Shown here: positions 13,601 through 24,086 of the stretch, one piece after another
Layout of the letters: the number at the start of each line of letters is the position of its first letter
Numbering within the stretch: position 1 is the stretch's first letter
NCBI GenBank assembly: GCA_051294905.1
Contig: CM119372.1
Span: 2,854,001 to 2,918,000, forward strand
Source: Botryllus schlosseri
Taxonomy: Eukaryota
Direction of reading: 5' to 3'
DNA: 64,000 nucleotides
Translations under genes and position numbers: made by a program
The notes under the pieces: generated by a model
Databases searched by the model: none
What the model was told of the DNA's origin: nothing
What the model saw: the letters and a program-made list of their open reading frames with translations, nothing else

Positions 13601-14205
13601 CTGACTGGAATCCAGCACTGGATAAACTGGATCACATGTTGGAAAAAGAATATTTCAAAGCACGAGAGATGCACAGCAGTCTTTGGGTAAGATACTTGAT
13701 AGTTATATTTGTATAATGCGGTTTTACAGAATGAATTATACAACTATAAATTTATTTTATTTCAAGGAGCAATTCAAGGAATCAGTGGAACTCGTTGTTA
13801 GTCATGTGGTTTTGAATATAGAAAAGGATTTTCAAGAGGTAAATTGTTGTTTTGTGTTTCTCTTGATACCCTGCTAGTAACTAAATGAACGTTTAGAAAA
13901 TGACCGACAAACATCTCGAACCTGGTGATTTCGCCGTGTACTTCGAACAGGTCATCCTAATTACAAAATTGATGCCCGAAGAGCCTATAAAGGACGCTGT
14001 AGAAGTGTCCAAAATTGCGAAGGAGCATTACGAAGCTGTACTGGAAGACAGGATGAATCAGTTAAGGTTGTTATTGGAAGAGGCGAATGAGAGAAATAAA
14101 GAACTGCGCCCGATGCGTTACTGCAGCACCCCACCACCGAAAGAAAACTCATTACAGAAACTTATAGGATTTTTCAGAAGCGGGAAAAAACGATCGAGAA
14201 AATGA
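1682..14205 (+). CDS. Atlastin/GBP-family (GB1/RHD3-type) large GTPase-like gene, 3' portion: end of G domain plus five tandem helical modules; most of the GTPase domain is presumably upstream of the window
   Basis: Eleven AG/GT-bounded exons splice in frame without stops: 1682-1863, 5284-5352, 5491-5688, 5761-5829, 9318-9503, 9835-9909, 12167-12334, 13354-13431, 13510-13686, 13767-13838, 13897-14205 (about 527 aa). The start, LDRDFLDSVKKFVEEIANPEKLKPK..LLNAREIVNTI..SMMVE|KNVEGYYASECQEAITEYAKMLE|..AMRRYDVAPSMGSEKIRKKYSTELQRSIGECY, aligns by eye with atlastin IDEDF..L.PENL..K..PKSMLQ|ATAEANNLAAV..A.D.Y...ME|..F...KKMGG.EF...Y...LE..I.E.Y. An AATAAA lies near 14364. Confidence 0.8.
1930..3025. 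mobile_element. hAT-Charlie-type MITE with a second MITE nested at 2544-2846
   Basis: CAGGGGTGGGCA ... TGCCCACCCCTG; perfect TSD CCCTAGCT. Nested CAGTGGTTCTCAAAC ... GTTTGAGAACCGCTG. Confidence 0.9.
3282..3871. mobile_element. hAT-type MITE rich in GACTCGAGTC motifs (related pieces at ~12587-12940, ~23390-23450, ~35840-36071)
   Basis: CAGGGTTGTA ... TACAACCCTG; perfect TSD GAATGAAC. Confidence 0.9.
4003..5141. mobile_element. hAT (Tip100-like) MITE
   Basis: TAGGGTTGCCA ... TGGTAACCCTG; TSD CTCTGACA/CTCTGGCA. Confidence 0.8.
5980..6250 (+). mobile_element. SINE family 1, degraded copy
   Basis: Collinear with the reverse complement of 21790-22048. Confidence 0.75.
6259..8613 (-). mobile_element. 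BEL/Pao LTR retrotransposon, internally deleted (non-autonomous), antisense in an intron of the GTPase gene
   Basis: Direct LTRs at 6259-6665 and 8207-8613 (TGTAACTGC...GCAGTAACA); 5-bp TSD ATGAT (6254-6258 and 8614-8618). Minus-strand integrase motifs FTCMSSRAVHLE, FINALRRFICRRG, DCGTNFVGA, VECIVNSRPL, EPLTPNH. Purine tract GGAGGAGCCA abuts the 3' LTR. Confidence 0.92.
9953..10904. mobile_element. Foldback MITE with ~260-bp TIRs and TA flanks, hosting a hAT MITE at 10212-10580
   Basis: ACCTACGGATAGATGCGCATCACG... and its reverse complement ending ...CGCATCTATCCATAGGT. Nested CAGTGGTTCCCAAC ... GTTGGGAACCACTG with TSD TTCTAATC/TTCTAAAC and internal TCGCCCCC repeats. Confidence 0.88.
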
Positions 14206-14977
14206 ATGTAGTCAGTTTCAAATGTCGGAGCTATAACCTATACCCATACACTACTTTCTTCCAAATCATGCAATATTCTTCATGATGAACTGCGTTACAA
14301 CGCGAAATAAGATTGGATCTAATTATTTAGAACTGTCGTGATTCGCTTTTATTTTTATCAATTAATAAACAGAAAATGCCAGCACACACAAGCTAAATTT
14401 CAGATATTTATTAAGGAAACTCGAAGCCTATAATTCAATACGACTGCGGAAGCCCGTGAATCCAGTTCGTAATATCCAAAAGAAACGTTCGGTGTACAGC
14501 GAGTTAATAATATTTTTCCATTACCCTACTAATATTGTCGATCAATATCAATAAATAGAATAATTAATTGGATATACGCGGAAATGAAAACGTGCTATTT
14601 ACATCTCAGCATCTCATAGTATGATAGAGTCTCGATTATTTTATGTCGAACGGGCGTTCCAGAAGAGCTAGGCAATGTCATCACTCGGTCTCAGTAAATA
14701 CAATTTGTCATCTTTCTTCGCGCGAGTATACCTATCCCAACTAAAGCAGACATGGACCGGAGCCGGACTGGAGTCTGGTACTGGTCGGCACCGGATTCGT
14801 ACTTTTTCATGCGGTCAGAATCGCTATTGAGTCCATTAATGAGCATGACAGTCGCAACTATACCAACCACACGCCAGTAGCTGCCAATACTAACCTATGT
14901 TAAATACAGACCTATTTGTTTTTATAGTCATGTTTCTTTTGTTGCAATATCCAATATATAACCTGAACCGCACCGTA

Positions 14978-16337
14978 CACTCTCAACAAATAGAGTGTGC
15001 ATTCACACCCGTGTAACACCCGTGATATATTAGTGTGATTGTACACCCTTGTGCGCGGGAAAAAGAACATAACTTGGAGTTACACCACGGTGTAAATCAA
15101 ACAAAACATTTTAATCCAAATGATGCCTGTACGCAGGGACGTAGGTGGACCAATTACATCAATTCACTTCTATTACAATTACATTTACATGCAAAAATTA
15201 ATTAATTGCATTTGGCTCAACAACAAATTACAATTGATTCAACTCTGATGGGCACATAGCACTTATATAGGGCTGGTGTGAACCTCTGAAAGGTTCAAGT
15301 TCGTGTGAGCGCGAACCTTTTTGGAAGGTTCTGTGCGAACGCGAAAGCGAACCTCATGACGTCACGTGACGTCATATTGCTAATTCCAACTCTACATTTC
15401 AGTGAAGTGATAGCCTATATTAATATACACGATACCTTGCGACGACTCGAGCCAGATGATGCCACAACCCTGAAGTACATATTGACGTTTTGAACGTCGC
15501 CAAATGTATCAATTGGGGCAATCAAATGATATATTAATCCCATAAAATCAATATCTTTCGTCGCTTTGCCAACAATTTCGACGAAGACTTACAAGGGAAT
15601 ATAAGCTTACGCCTTAACGGTCTATGCTAGACCGGACAATGTATTCGGCGTCGAAGTATTGCTACGTTGATATTGTGCAGAGTGTAAAACGAGTTTCTAT
15701 ACATGCTACCGATATTACCCCAGTAACAAGTGATACAGCAGTAGCCATCACCCCAACAGCACGGATTTGGTTTTCATGATACAATAAACATATGAAGTCA
15801 TGATTGACCCCGTACACTTGCTAGATTATTTACATCAGACAACGATATCAATTTCATTGATTGATTGAATAAGCATTATTCGGTGGCTATGTGTATTTCG
15901 CTCATGATGTTGTGTGATTGCGGGTCAAGCTGACAGCATAGAGAGTCACTAAATGTTCACAAACGGAGAGCTGGATATTTCGAGCGAACTTTTGTCACAA
16001 AGTAAGTGAAATATTTGAGATTTTCAAGGTGCTCGTTGATTTTTTATGCTGCCAGCGCTATGCATAGAGTGGCCCGCAGTTGAAATACAATAAATTTCAA
16101 CCAAAGATGTTATAATGAAGTGAAAATTGTAATACATGAAAAAGGTTCACAGTGCCGAACCTACCCAGGTTCGTTTGTGAAAATGAACCTCTAAATTTGT
16201 GAGGTTCACACACAGAACGCGAACGTGAACCTCTCGTTCACACCATCCCTACTTGTAACCGCGATATAATTTTGAGTTGGATTCTTTTTTCGTTTACCGC
16301 CTTGATGTGTGAATACACACTCTTTTCGCTAAGAGGG
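14978..16337. mobile_element. CACTC-ended (EnSpm/CMC-like) MITE with TA flanks, hosting the MITE at 15269-16250
   Basis: CACTCTCAACAAATAGAGTGTGCATTCACAC versus GTGTGAATACACACTCTTTTCGCTAAGAGGG form imperfect TIRs. Confidence 0.6.
15269..16250. mobile_element. ~1-kb MITE family (AGGG(C/A)TGGTGTGAAC TIR); further copies at 55936-56612 (partial) and 57513-58484 (inverted)
   Basis: TIRs and internal sequence are shared among three copies; the 57513-58484 copy has an 8-bp TSD CTATTCAC. Confidence 0.85.
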
Positions 16338-17129
16338 TATGATCTACTGTTTTTGTAGGTTACTAGAAATAGGTATGCTCGTAGATGATTTTTTTTAGTA
16401 TTTCATTCTTCACAGATCTGCTATGAAAAAAAAGAAGAAAATGTGCTTCCGGCTCTGCCTTCCCCCGTAAATAGTTTTGACAATCATAAAGCTATATTCC
16501 CCTTCTGGGTGAATGACTGTCGGTTAAAAATCTCTGATCTAATTTTAACATCACTGCTTAAAGGGGCACTGCACTCTAAAATGATGTGATTTCAAATTGA
16601 AGGGCAAAACGAACAAAAATTTTTGGCCGCAGCCATTTTCTTCAGAACGCCACCGAAATAGAGCTGCAATTTATTGAAATTCCCACAAGTGTTTCACGCT
16701 CCAGCAGTCACGCAGAGATCGAACATTATATAGTTGTCAGCCGATGTTATGAAGGAAATCTTTCATAATGAAACGATGATTTCAACCGAATACTATAGAG
16801 GCCACATTGTATGTTGCCCAGGTCATGTCATATCAAATCAGAGTTCATTGTCATGAGCATGGGAATAGCAAACCTGTGTACAGCAAGCTGGACTCGTTTC
16901 GCACAATACAGTTCTCCGGTAGCATTTTGAGGAATAAAAGTTCGATTAGAAATAAAATTGAAGCATAAAAACATTTAACAAATTAGATTGCAATTAGAGC
17001 AAGAAACATTCCACAAATTACACAGGGATTAGATGACCAGCGTTTCGCTTTAATTATTCTAATTAGACAAGAAGAATTATCTAGTTGTCCAAGTCTGACT
17101 GATGCCTATGTAATCTATATTTTATATGT

Positions 17130-18434
17130 CAGGGGTGGGCAATTATCTTCCTTCGCGGGTCAAATGAGAAGTAGAAAATACGTTGGCGGGCCGAGTGAAA
17201 AATTTAAGCTATATTCTCGAGCGTATTTTAATTTTATTTCTAAATTACATTGTTAATAAATGCTGCTCAGTGAATGGGTTGATGCTAGGTAATGAGAAAG
17301 TGGTGGTTAATTAAAAATTAACTATTTGCCGTCATGATTCGAAACAATGATAAACATGATACATTTTTAACTTTCTTTAGACCCTTATCCACGTTCTTCT
17401 ATTAAGGAACTAAAACATTGGTTCTCATACTTTTTTTTAGGCACGCCCGCTTCATGATAGTGAGAAATTTCGCACCCTACCCCCTCCTATCATGATATCA
17501 CAACATATTAAAAAGAGCAGCCAGAGTGCTAGCAATCCCAACGACTGGTTTGGTGGTATGGAAGGTTATGGTTGTTGATGAGATAATTATATAATATCAA
17601 AGACGGACAATACATGGAGCAATAACTATACCATGAACTGGGGGTAAATCGCGCGGAGCGAGGAAAAAATTTCGTTTAACTTCGACTTCGAGCCTCGCTT
17701 CGGATGCTTTCACGCCCCCCCAGTTCGAGAACCCATGTACTGGAATTTATATGGGATAGTATAAAGGTTGTCTTGGTCACTGCATTCCGAGCAGTGTGCA
17801 GCTCAAATAGCTTTGATGTTGAGCGAATTTCGAAGTTTTCGATTGTTTCGTGTTGTTTTTTTAATAATTAAAATTCCTAATCTGGGCGACATGCTCGGCA
17901 AAACCTAAAAAGACCGGTTTACCCCTAACGCCAGTATACAAATATTTAGTGCTCTAAACCTTCTTTGAATTTCAGCTTTCGTCTTTCTCTTTTTGACATT
18001 CCCGTTCATACTTTATGGGCGATAGATATGATGAGTCATACAGTAATCACGAGCACTGATTGACTTTTTTTACGTAACAATTTGAAACACGTATCATATA
18101 ATGAGGAATGTGACAATGGCGTCAAAGAAGGTTTGACTTAAACTATATGGAAAGAGTGATTTCTTGTTTTTTTTTTAATTGTTTCTCATACTTTGCCACA
18201 TTCCTTTATTTTGAATCCGGATTACACATGCGAGGTAGCCTACGTAGGCAACGTAATCGTAGCATAGTAATGAACAGGCTTCAAAGTAAACGAAGTTCCT
18301 GTTTAGTTGATACAGCCTATGTGGTTTTAGTCCACGCAACAACATTCAAAAAGCAGTTTTAATGTTATGAAGTCCAAGCAACCTTTCGTGGGCCGCAAAG
18401 AATAGCTTCGCGGGCCGCACTTTGCCCAGGTCTG
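17130..18434. mobile_element. hAT-Charlie-type MITE with a nested MITE (~17417-17737)
   Basis: CAGGGGTGGGCAA ... TTTGCCCAGGTCTG; degenerate TSD TTATATGT/CTATATAT. Confidence 0.7.
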
Positions 18435-18544
18435 CTATATATATAGGTGTAATGTTTCCAATATTAAATTACCTTGAGTATGTCTCTTTTATCGTACAGT
18501 CAAATAACTTGTCGGCTGCAAATCAGGCTTTAAGCACGCTTACC

Positions 18545-19668
18545 ATGAACATCTCGACTTCTGAGCACGCGTTCGACCCGAATATGTTACTTGTAACAAC
18601 TGCACCTCCCCAACTTCCACCCGACATTGGGGAAATAGAGCTATAGTTGATTTCGGCTGTTTTCGGAGCGACGTGGACATTCGGACTCACTTCGAATATA
18701 ATCGCACTGATCGCCATTTGCAAAATGAAAGAAACGCCTCTCAATGTATTCATCATTGACTTATGCTGTATCAATTCTTGCTTCGCCTTTCGTCATAACA
18801 CAGCTTGTGTATACCACCATCTGGAGGAATTATCCTTGGAACAGAGCAATTTGCGAGGCGACGTAGGCTATCCCATGGTGACGGTCGCACCGGCTGCGAC
18901 AGTTCATCTATTGCTCGTTCTCTCAATTTGGTGGATGTACGCTATCCATCGCCTCCACCGAGCCAGCAAGGTCATGACTGTCAAACTAGCCAAGAAGATA
19001 ACGGCTGCTATATGGCTAATTGCTATTATAGTTACTGTACCGCACAAGTTTACAATTTGGAAGTCAGATACCATGCTAATTTGACGATAACATTCTGCTT
19101 TTTCCGAGCGCAGCACAAATGGATGGTGCGTGTTTACAATTTCGTTGATGCCGTGGTCATAATCTTTGTCCTGGTAACGTTGATCATCATTCTGTGTATT
19201 GCTATCCGATTGTCGATGCGTGTGCAGGAATCGAAAAGACAAAAACTCTCCACAGATCACGAACTCCGTAAAGAAGACAAAAAGGCGTTACTGCAGCTTG
19301 CTTTGATCATTGCCTCTTTCCTGTTCGGTAACGTTCCCAGGATTTTCTATGTCTCCACAACTCTACTACACGACAATCAAAGTATTCGCTTCCACGCAGC
19401 AACCTTTCTGACTTCGTGGTTCCTGTTGAACTTCGTGGAATCCGTCAACCCCATTGAGTACAATCTCGGCTCGAAGTCTATACGGGAATCGACAAAACGC
19501 ACTTTGCACGGCATCTTCTGCAGATGCAGACCGCCTGCATCGCACGAAAACAGAAGCAACAGACCGCGACGGGCGAAAATAACGAAATGGCGGAGAATGA
19601 CGGGGCGAAACCTAGCTCGGATCAAGCTGTGTCATAACGGAGTTCCATGCCACTTGCAAATACTTTGA
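18545..19668 (+). pseudogene. Intronless class A (rhodopsin-like, peptide-receptor-type) GPCR pseudogene
   Basis: TM1 GLTSNIIAL, TM2 NVFIIDLC, ECL1 YPWNRAICE (in a shifted frame), TM3 end LSIWWMYAI (DRY position), TM4 W, TM6 FLFGNVP, TM7 NPIEY, then helix 8 and CRC. In-frame TAG stops at 18644 and 18864; frameshifts near 18785, 18870 and 19060-19080. Confidence 0.85.
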
Positions 19669-19811
19669 ACGATGCTTCGATTAATTTTCTTCTATGTGAT
19701 CACTGTATACACAAATCACTTCTAACCGCGGGAAGCGGCAAAATAAACACAGTTAATGAATGCATTTTCTCAATAAGATTTGTACGTGTATATTCTACGT
19801 CTAGGCTACAG

Positions 19812-20963
19812 CAGTGGCTCCCAACCTTTTAGGATGTCGGCGACGCATTTCAAACTGCAGAGTACGTATAGAGCCGCATGAAAACACTGGACTAGGCTAC
19901 TTATAACGAAAATTTTGAGGTGGCTAGCCTACCCCGGATCTCGCCATCCAGCTATGTCACAAGCCTGCACAAGTACACAAACTGCACATGGACTTCTATA
20001 GATTCTATATCGGGTATTTTAGTATTGATAAACGCAGATTGGCGAGTACTATACATTGAAATAAACGGAAAATGCATATCATTACTACAACATACCCATA
20101 TATCTAGGGTTGCATTTAAAATAAACGGTGTTTTAAAACACTTTGTTTTAAACATGTTTTAAACAGTGTTTTAAACAAAGGCCTTTTAAAAAAAGAACAA
20201 AATTATGTTTTTGTTAAGTTGTAAAATTATGCCATAATTGTGTAAATACTTTTCATAAAACATGTTGTATGAGCCTACGGGCAATTATACCTCGATATAG
20301 CCGACGTATATCGATATGGGATGGTTGGAACCCTCAAAATAGTCGGTTCAACATTTATATAGTACAGATATTTCGTCAATGGAGCTATTTTTCCCTATAT
20401 TTTCAATTATAATCTATGTCATTCCACTATGGCTTTAAAAAAAAAAAAAAAAACATGTTCTAGATGAGGACCTTGTTTTAAACATGCTTGTTTTAAATTA
20501 ATTTTTGTTTTAAATGCAACCCTAATGATGTCGCTGTGACAGCTTTTCATACATTCTAGTACTTGATGCAAAAGTTTGCGGGGATTATACGCAGAGTAAT
20601 ATTGGACTTATTGCAATTTATATTTAACTATGAGTCGTTATTTTGATATTAGTAAAATTTTACCGAAATTTACACTTCACAGAGACGATATGACCAGCAG
20701 AACTCAAGATATATCCTTGTCGGACGGGTATTCATCCATTCCTTTGACGCTAGTCTGCAAGAATTCTCTTTCTCGGTTTACAGAAGCGGCCTTGGACGGC
20801 TTTAGACATATCTAATATCCCACATTTAATTATTCATATACAGAAATTGACTATAACCATTCATAGAAACAAACCACACCGTCGTCTATTATATTTTTGT
20901 TGCATATTTAGAGGTCAAAGAGCCGCAAGCAAGCTAGCTTGTAGCCGCGGTTGGGAATCACTG
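19812..20963. mobile_element. hAT MITE with a nested TAGGGTTGCATTTAAAA element (20105-20524)
   Basis: CAGTGGCTCCCAACC ... GGTTGGGAATCACTG; TSD GGCTACAG/ATCTACAG. Inner TIR pair TAGGGTTGCATTTAAAA / TTTTAAATGCAACCCTA. Confidence 0.75.
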
Positions 20964-21789
20964 ATCTACAGTAACCTATCATATCCCAGCCCAAGTGACC
21001 AGATTTACCGGTAGAGCTGACTTCAAACATTTAGGGCTTGCCATTGTGCAATGTAGCCTACTATTGTACAAATGTAGTTCTTAACCGATGTTCATACCAC
21101 ACGGAGAAGTGTGGTCGTTAGTTTCTTGCGGGTTGGCACCGAGCGGTCCCACTGTTATTTATAGCTGCGTAGAAGCATGCTCTTATTCCGTGACCTTCAG
21201 GAAAGATTGTCGCCACTCAAAGGGTATTGGCATCGCTTACACGCACAAAAACAAACTAAAAAGCAAACTCCTTTCGTTAGATGCGCTCGATTCCATTTTC
21301 ACTTGTCGTATGCTGGGCGGAAATAAAAGATCACTAAATACTGATGACTAATAGTCGTAATTGGGGGGGGGGGGGCAGTTTCAGTCTTGCATTATAATAA
21401 AGACATATTGGCAACCTATGTTGACGCAATAGGGATGACTTTTATGCTTTTCTTTTGATTTTGCTTTTTACAGTATAAGCGAGCAAGAGCACTAGAGTCG
21501 AGACTTGATTCTATCGTAAAATAGCCCTCATAACTTATATTTGCGATCGAAAGTACTTTATGTTTGTCATCTTTGCGAATTGTTGTTAGTCTTTTTATGA
21601 TTAGCCTATGACACTGGGAACAATACGTTAGTGATAAATCGTTGCATCTTTCTCGTTTTCCTCTTGCGTTAGCATTCCATTATCTGCAGATTGGTTAACC
21701 AATGTCTCGGTTACATGATTATCTCAAATTCTCATGATGAATTATTTCAGCATATCTCTCAAACGACTTCTAAGATTGAACAATATTGA

Positions 21790-22048
21790 TTGCGGCCAAA
21801 GGGAGATGATATTCTTTTTCGCCTGCACCATCGAGATGCTTTGACGACGGAGTTGCGATACGGCCGTGAGGTCATCTAGTCTGCGCCGCCGTTTTTTTCT
21901 CCTCCATGCTATCCGTGATTGCTGAGCGCCTAGCAGGATAGCTGCGGATACCAATTTTCGAGTCTTTGGTATGACCCGGCCTGGGATCGAACCCACGACC
22001 TACCGATCGAGAAGCCGGACACATAACCATTACACTATCTCGCTCGGT
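21790..22048 (-). mobile_element. tRNA-derived SINE family 1 (other copies + 5980-6250 and + 34001-34145)
   Basis: A box TAGTGTAATGG and B box GGTTCGATCCC, then a conserved body GGGTCATACCAAAGAC..CTGCTAGGCGCTCAGCA shared by three copies. Confidence 0.85.
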
Positions 22049-23019
22049 AAAGCAAAGTACACTACAGTTTCAATGTCGAAAACTATCGCTGCATGTATGT
22101 TCAAGTTCAATGAATATGTTGATGTGTATAGCTCAATATAGAATGCAGTCGGCAATAATATACATCCTCAATCCCAGATGTTTTCACTTTCGATTGACAG
22201 GTATAAGCCCACGAACTGGTCACAATCAACTTTTGAGATCTTCTCCTTTGTGTAATTATTGGAACACGCATTATCTGTGTCTGGTATAACTGAGTAATAT
22301 TTCCTGAGATTAATTTTTCTTCTGGAATCAACGACTACGTCGACCAATTCTGAGAGTGAGATGCTATATTACGTCAGTACATTGACGTTGCAACTTCCAT
22401 TTACATTACCTTTGTGATTATGATACACGAAAATTTCAGGCAATATAATGTAATTGTAAAATATTGTTTATTGCTCCATGCTCCGTTTGTTCATTGATAC
22501 CGTGTACAACGAGATTAGTTATTTCTTACGTACAAATAATACCCACAGATATCGACCCACTCGAGCAATTACAAATACCGAAGGAGTGTACGATAAAGGG
22601 ATATATGAACGGGAAAACTAAACATCGGATGTAGCCTCCGCACGGCCATGAGTGTGGATATGGCTCCGGCACAATCCTATCAATGAATGAAGTGAGCTTT
22701 GTGTTATTTTCACGTTATATTGAGGTCTAAGTATGGCGGATTACGATGAGAACCCCTGCCCAGTTTGGCTTTGTCTCGTATAGCCTGCTGTAGCGATGTA
22801 GAAGTTTTGGTGTTGGATTATAGGTACAGTGGCTAGTAGGATAGGATAGTTAGTCAGATAGATAGAAATGGTATTTCGACTACTTGTTGCAGGCATATAT
22901 ATCAGTGGATTCCAAACTTTTTATCAAAATCACCTGACGGTAACCTAGTCACGATGGATGCGACAGTTTCTGATGAGCGGTTTGGTGGCCAGCAACATAT
23001 TCGTTTCACTTTCGAAGTC

Positions 23020-23102
23020 TGTTCAGCAGTGGGATTCGAACCTACGCGACCTAAATGAATAATGCCCATAACCTTCGCCTTAGACCACTAAGCAGTATCG
23101 TC
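23020..23102 (-). pseudogene. Degenerate tRNA-Leu-like sequence (tRNA pseudogene or SINE head)
   Basis: AGTGGTCTAAGGCG (A box/D arm) and GTAGGTTCGAATCCCACTGCTG (B box/T arm) with long-variable-arm spacing; acceptor and anticodon stems do not pair. Confidence 0.6.
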
Positions 23103-24086
23103 AGTACAACCACCATTATCCACATATACCCAAGAAACGAGTGAATGGTATGGAATGGTGATGAGCTGGAATGATACTTTCCACTTATTCGTACCATAGA
23201 ACAAAGATACCGACCTTACACATATGTTGTTGTTACGCAATACAGTCAGACCTGACACATACTTGGGGCATCTGTTCGTCAAGAGGTGGAATCTAAAACT
23301 ACATTACTTATAGTTTATTGAAATGTATTTCTTTGAATTTATTGTCCATTCTAGTCCATACATAGCTTCATAGTGGATATTTTTAAAAAAATGACTCGAA
23401 TCAAGAGAACAGTTTGATCCGAGCTGACATGATTCGAGTCATTACAACTCAATGAGTTGCGTATATCAATCATAGATCATAGAGCAGGGGCTCCCAACTT
23501 GTGTGTCAAAGTTGCTAGTCGGAAGACCGAGTCGAATTCGTCTCACGTCCTGGTGCCGATGACGTCACAATCATGCGATTTCAGATCCACCATAAAAATT
23601 GTAAAATCATACTTTTTAAAAAATTTATTATCTCTAAATCCAGTCCGCTATAATTTTATACCCCTGTTTTTTATTTAAAATGTCATTTTTAAATCTTCCG
23701 AAGGTTTGAAAGTAATAGGGGAGCATAAGTCTTTAAAATTTCCAAAGGGGGCCACGGAGTGAAAAAGGGCGGGCACTACTGACATAGAGCAACCTCCTAA
23801 CTAATTCCACCTCGGTCGTACTCTAACTCCCTATATCAATTGGCGTTGCAACTGTCGCACATACCATTGCGCTATCTTGCCTTGGACAGTAGGATATATG
23901 CTAAAGAAAATCAAATATACCAAGAAGCCTGATTCAAATCGTTGGAGTCGGCAAGTCGGCAAAAACTGCGATCGAGGTTTATTCATATTTATTTGATTAC
24001 GCTACCACTGTAGCCTATTAATATCAATATTGATTGTAACAATTGCTTCTTCCGTGGAAATGAGAACGTATATCGTGCCAAAGCCA

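Noticed and set aside
23020..23102. Functional tRNA-Leu gene
   Set aside because: Acceptor and anticodon stems are disrupted; kept only as a pseudogene or SINE head.
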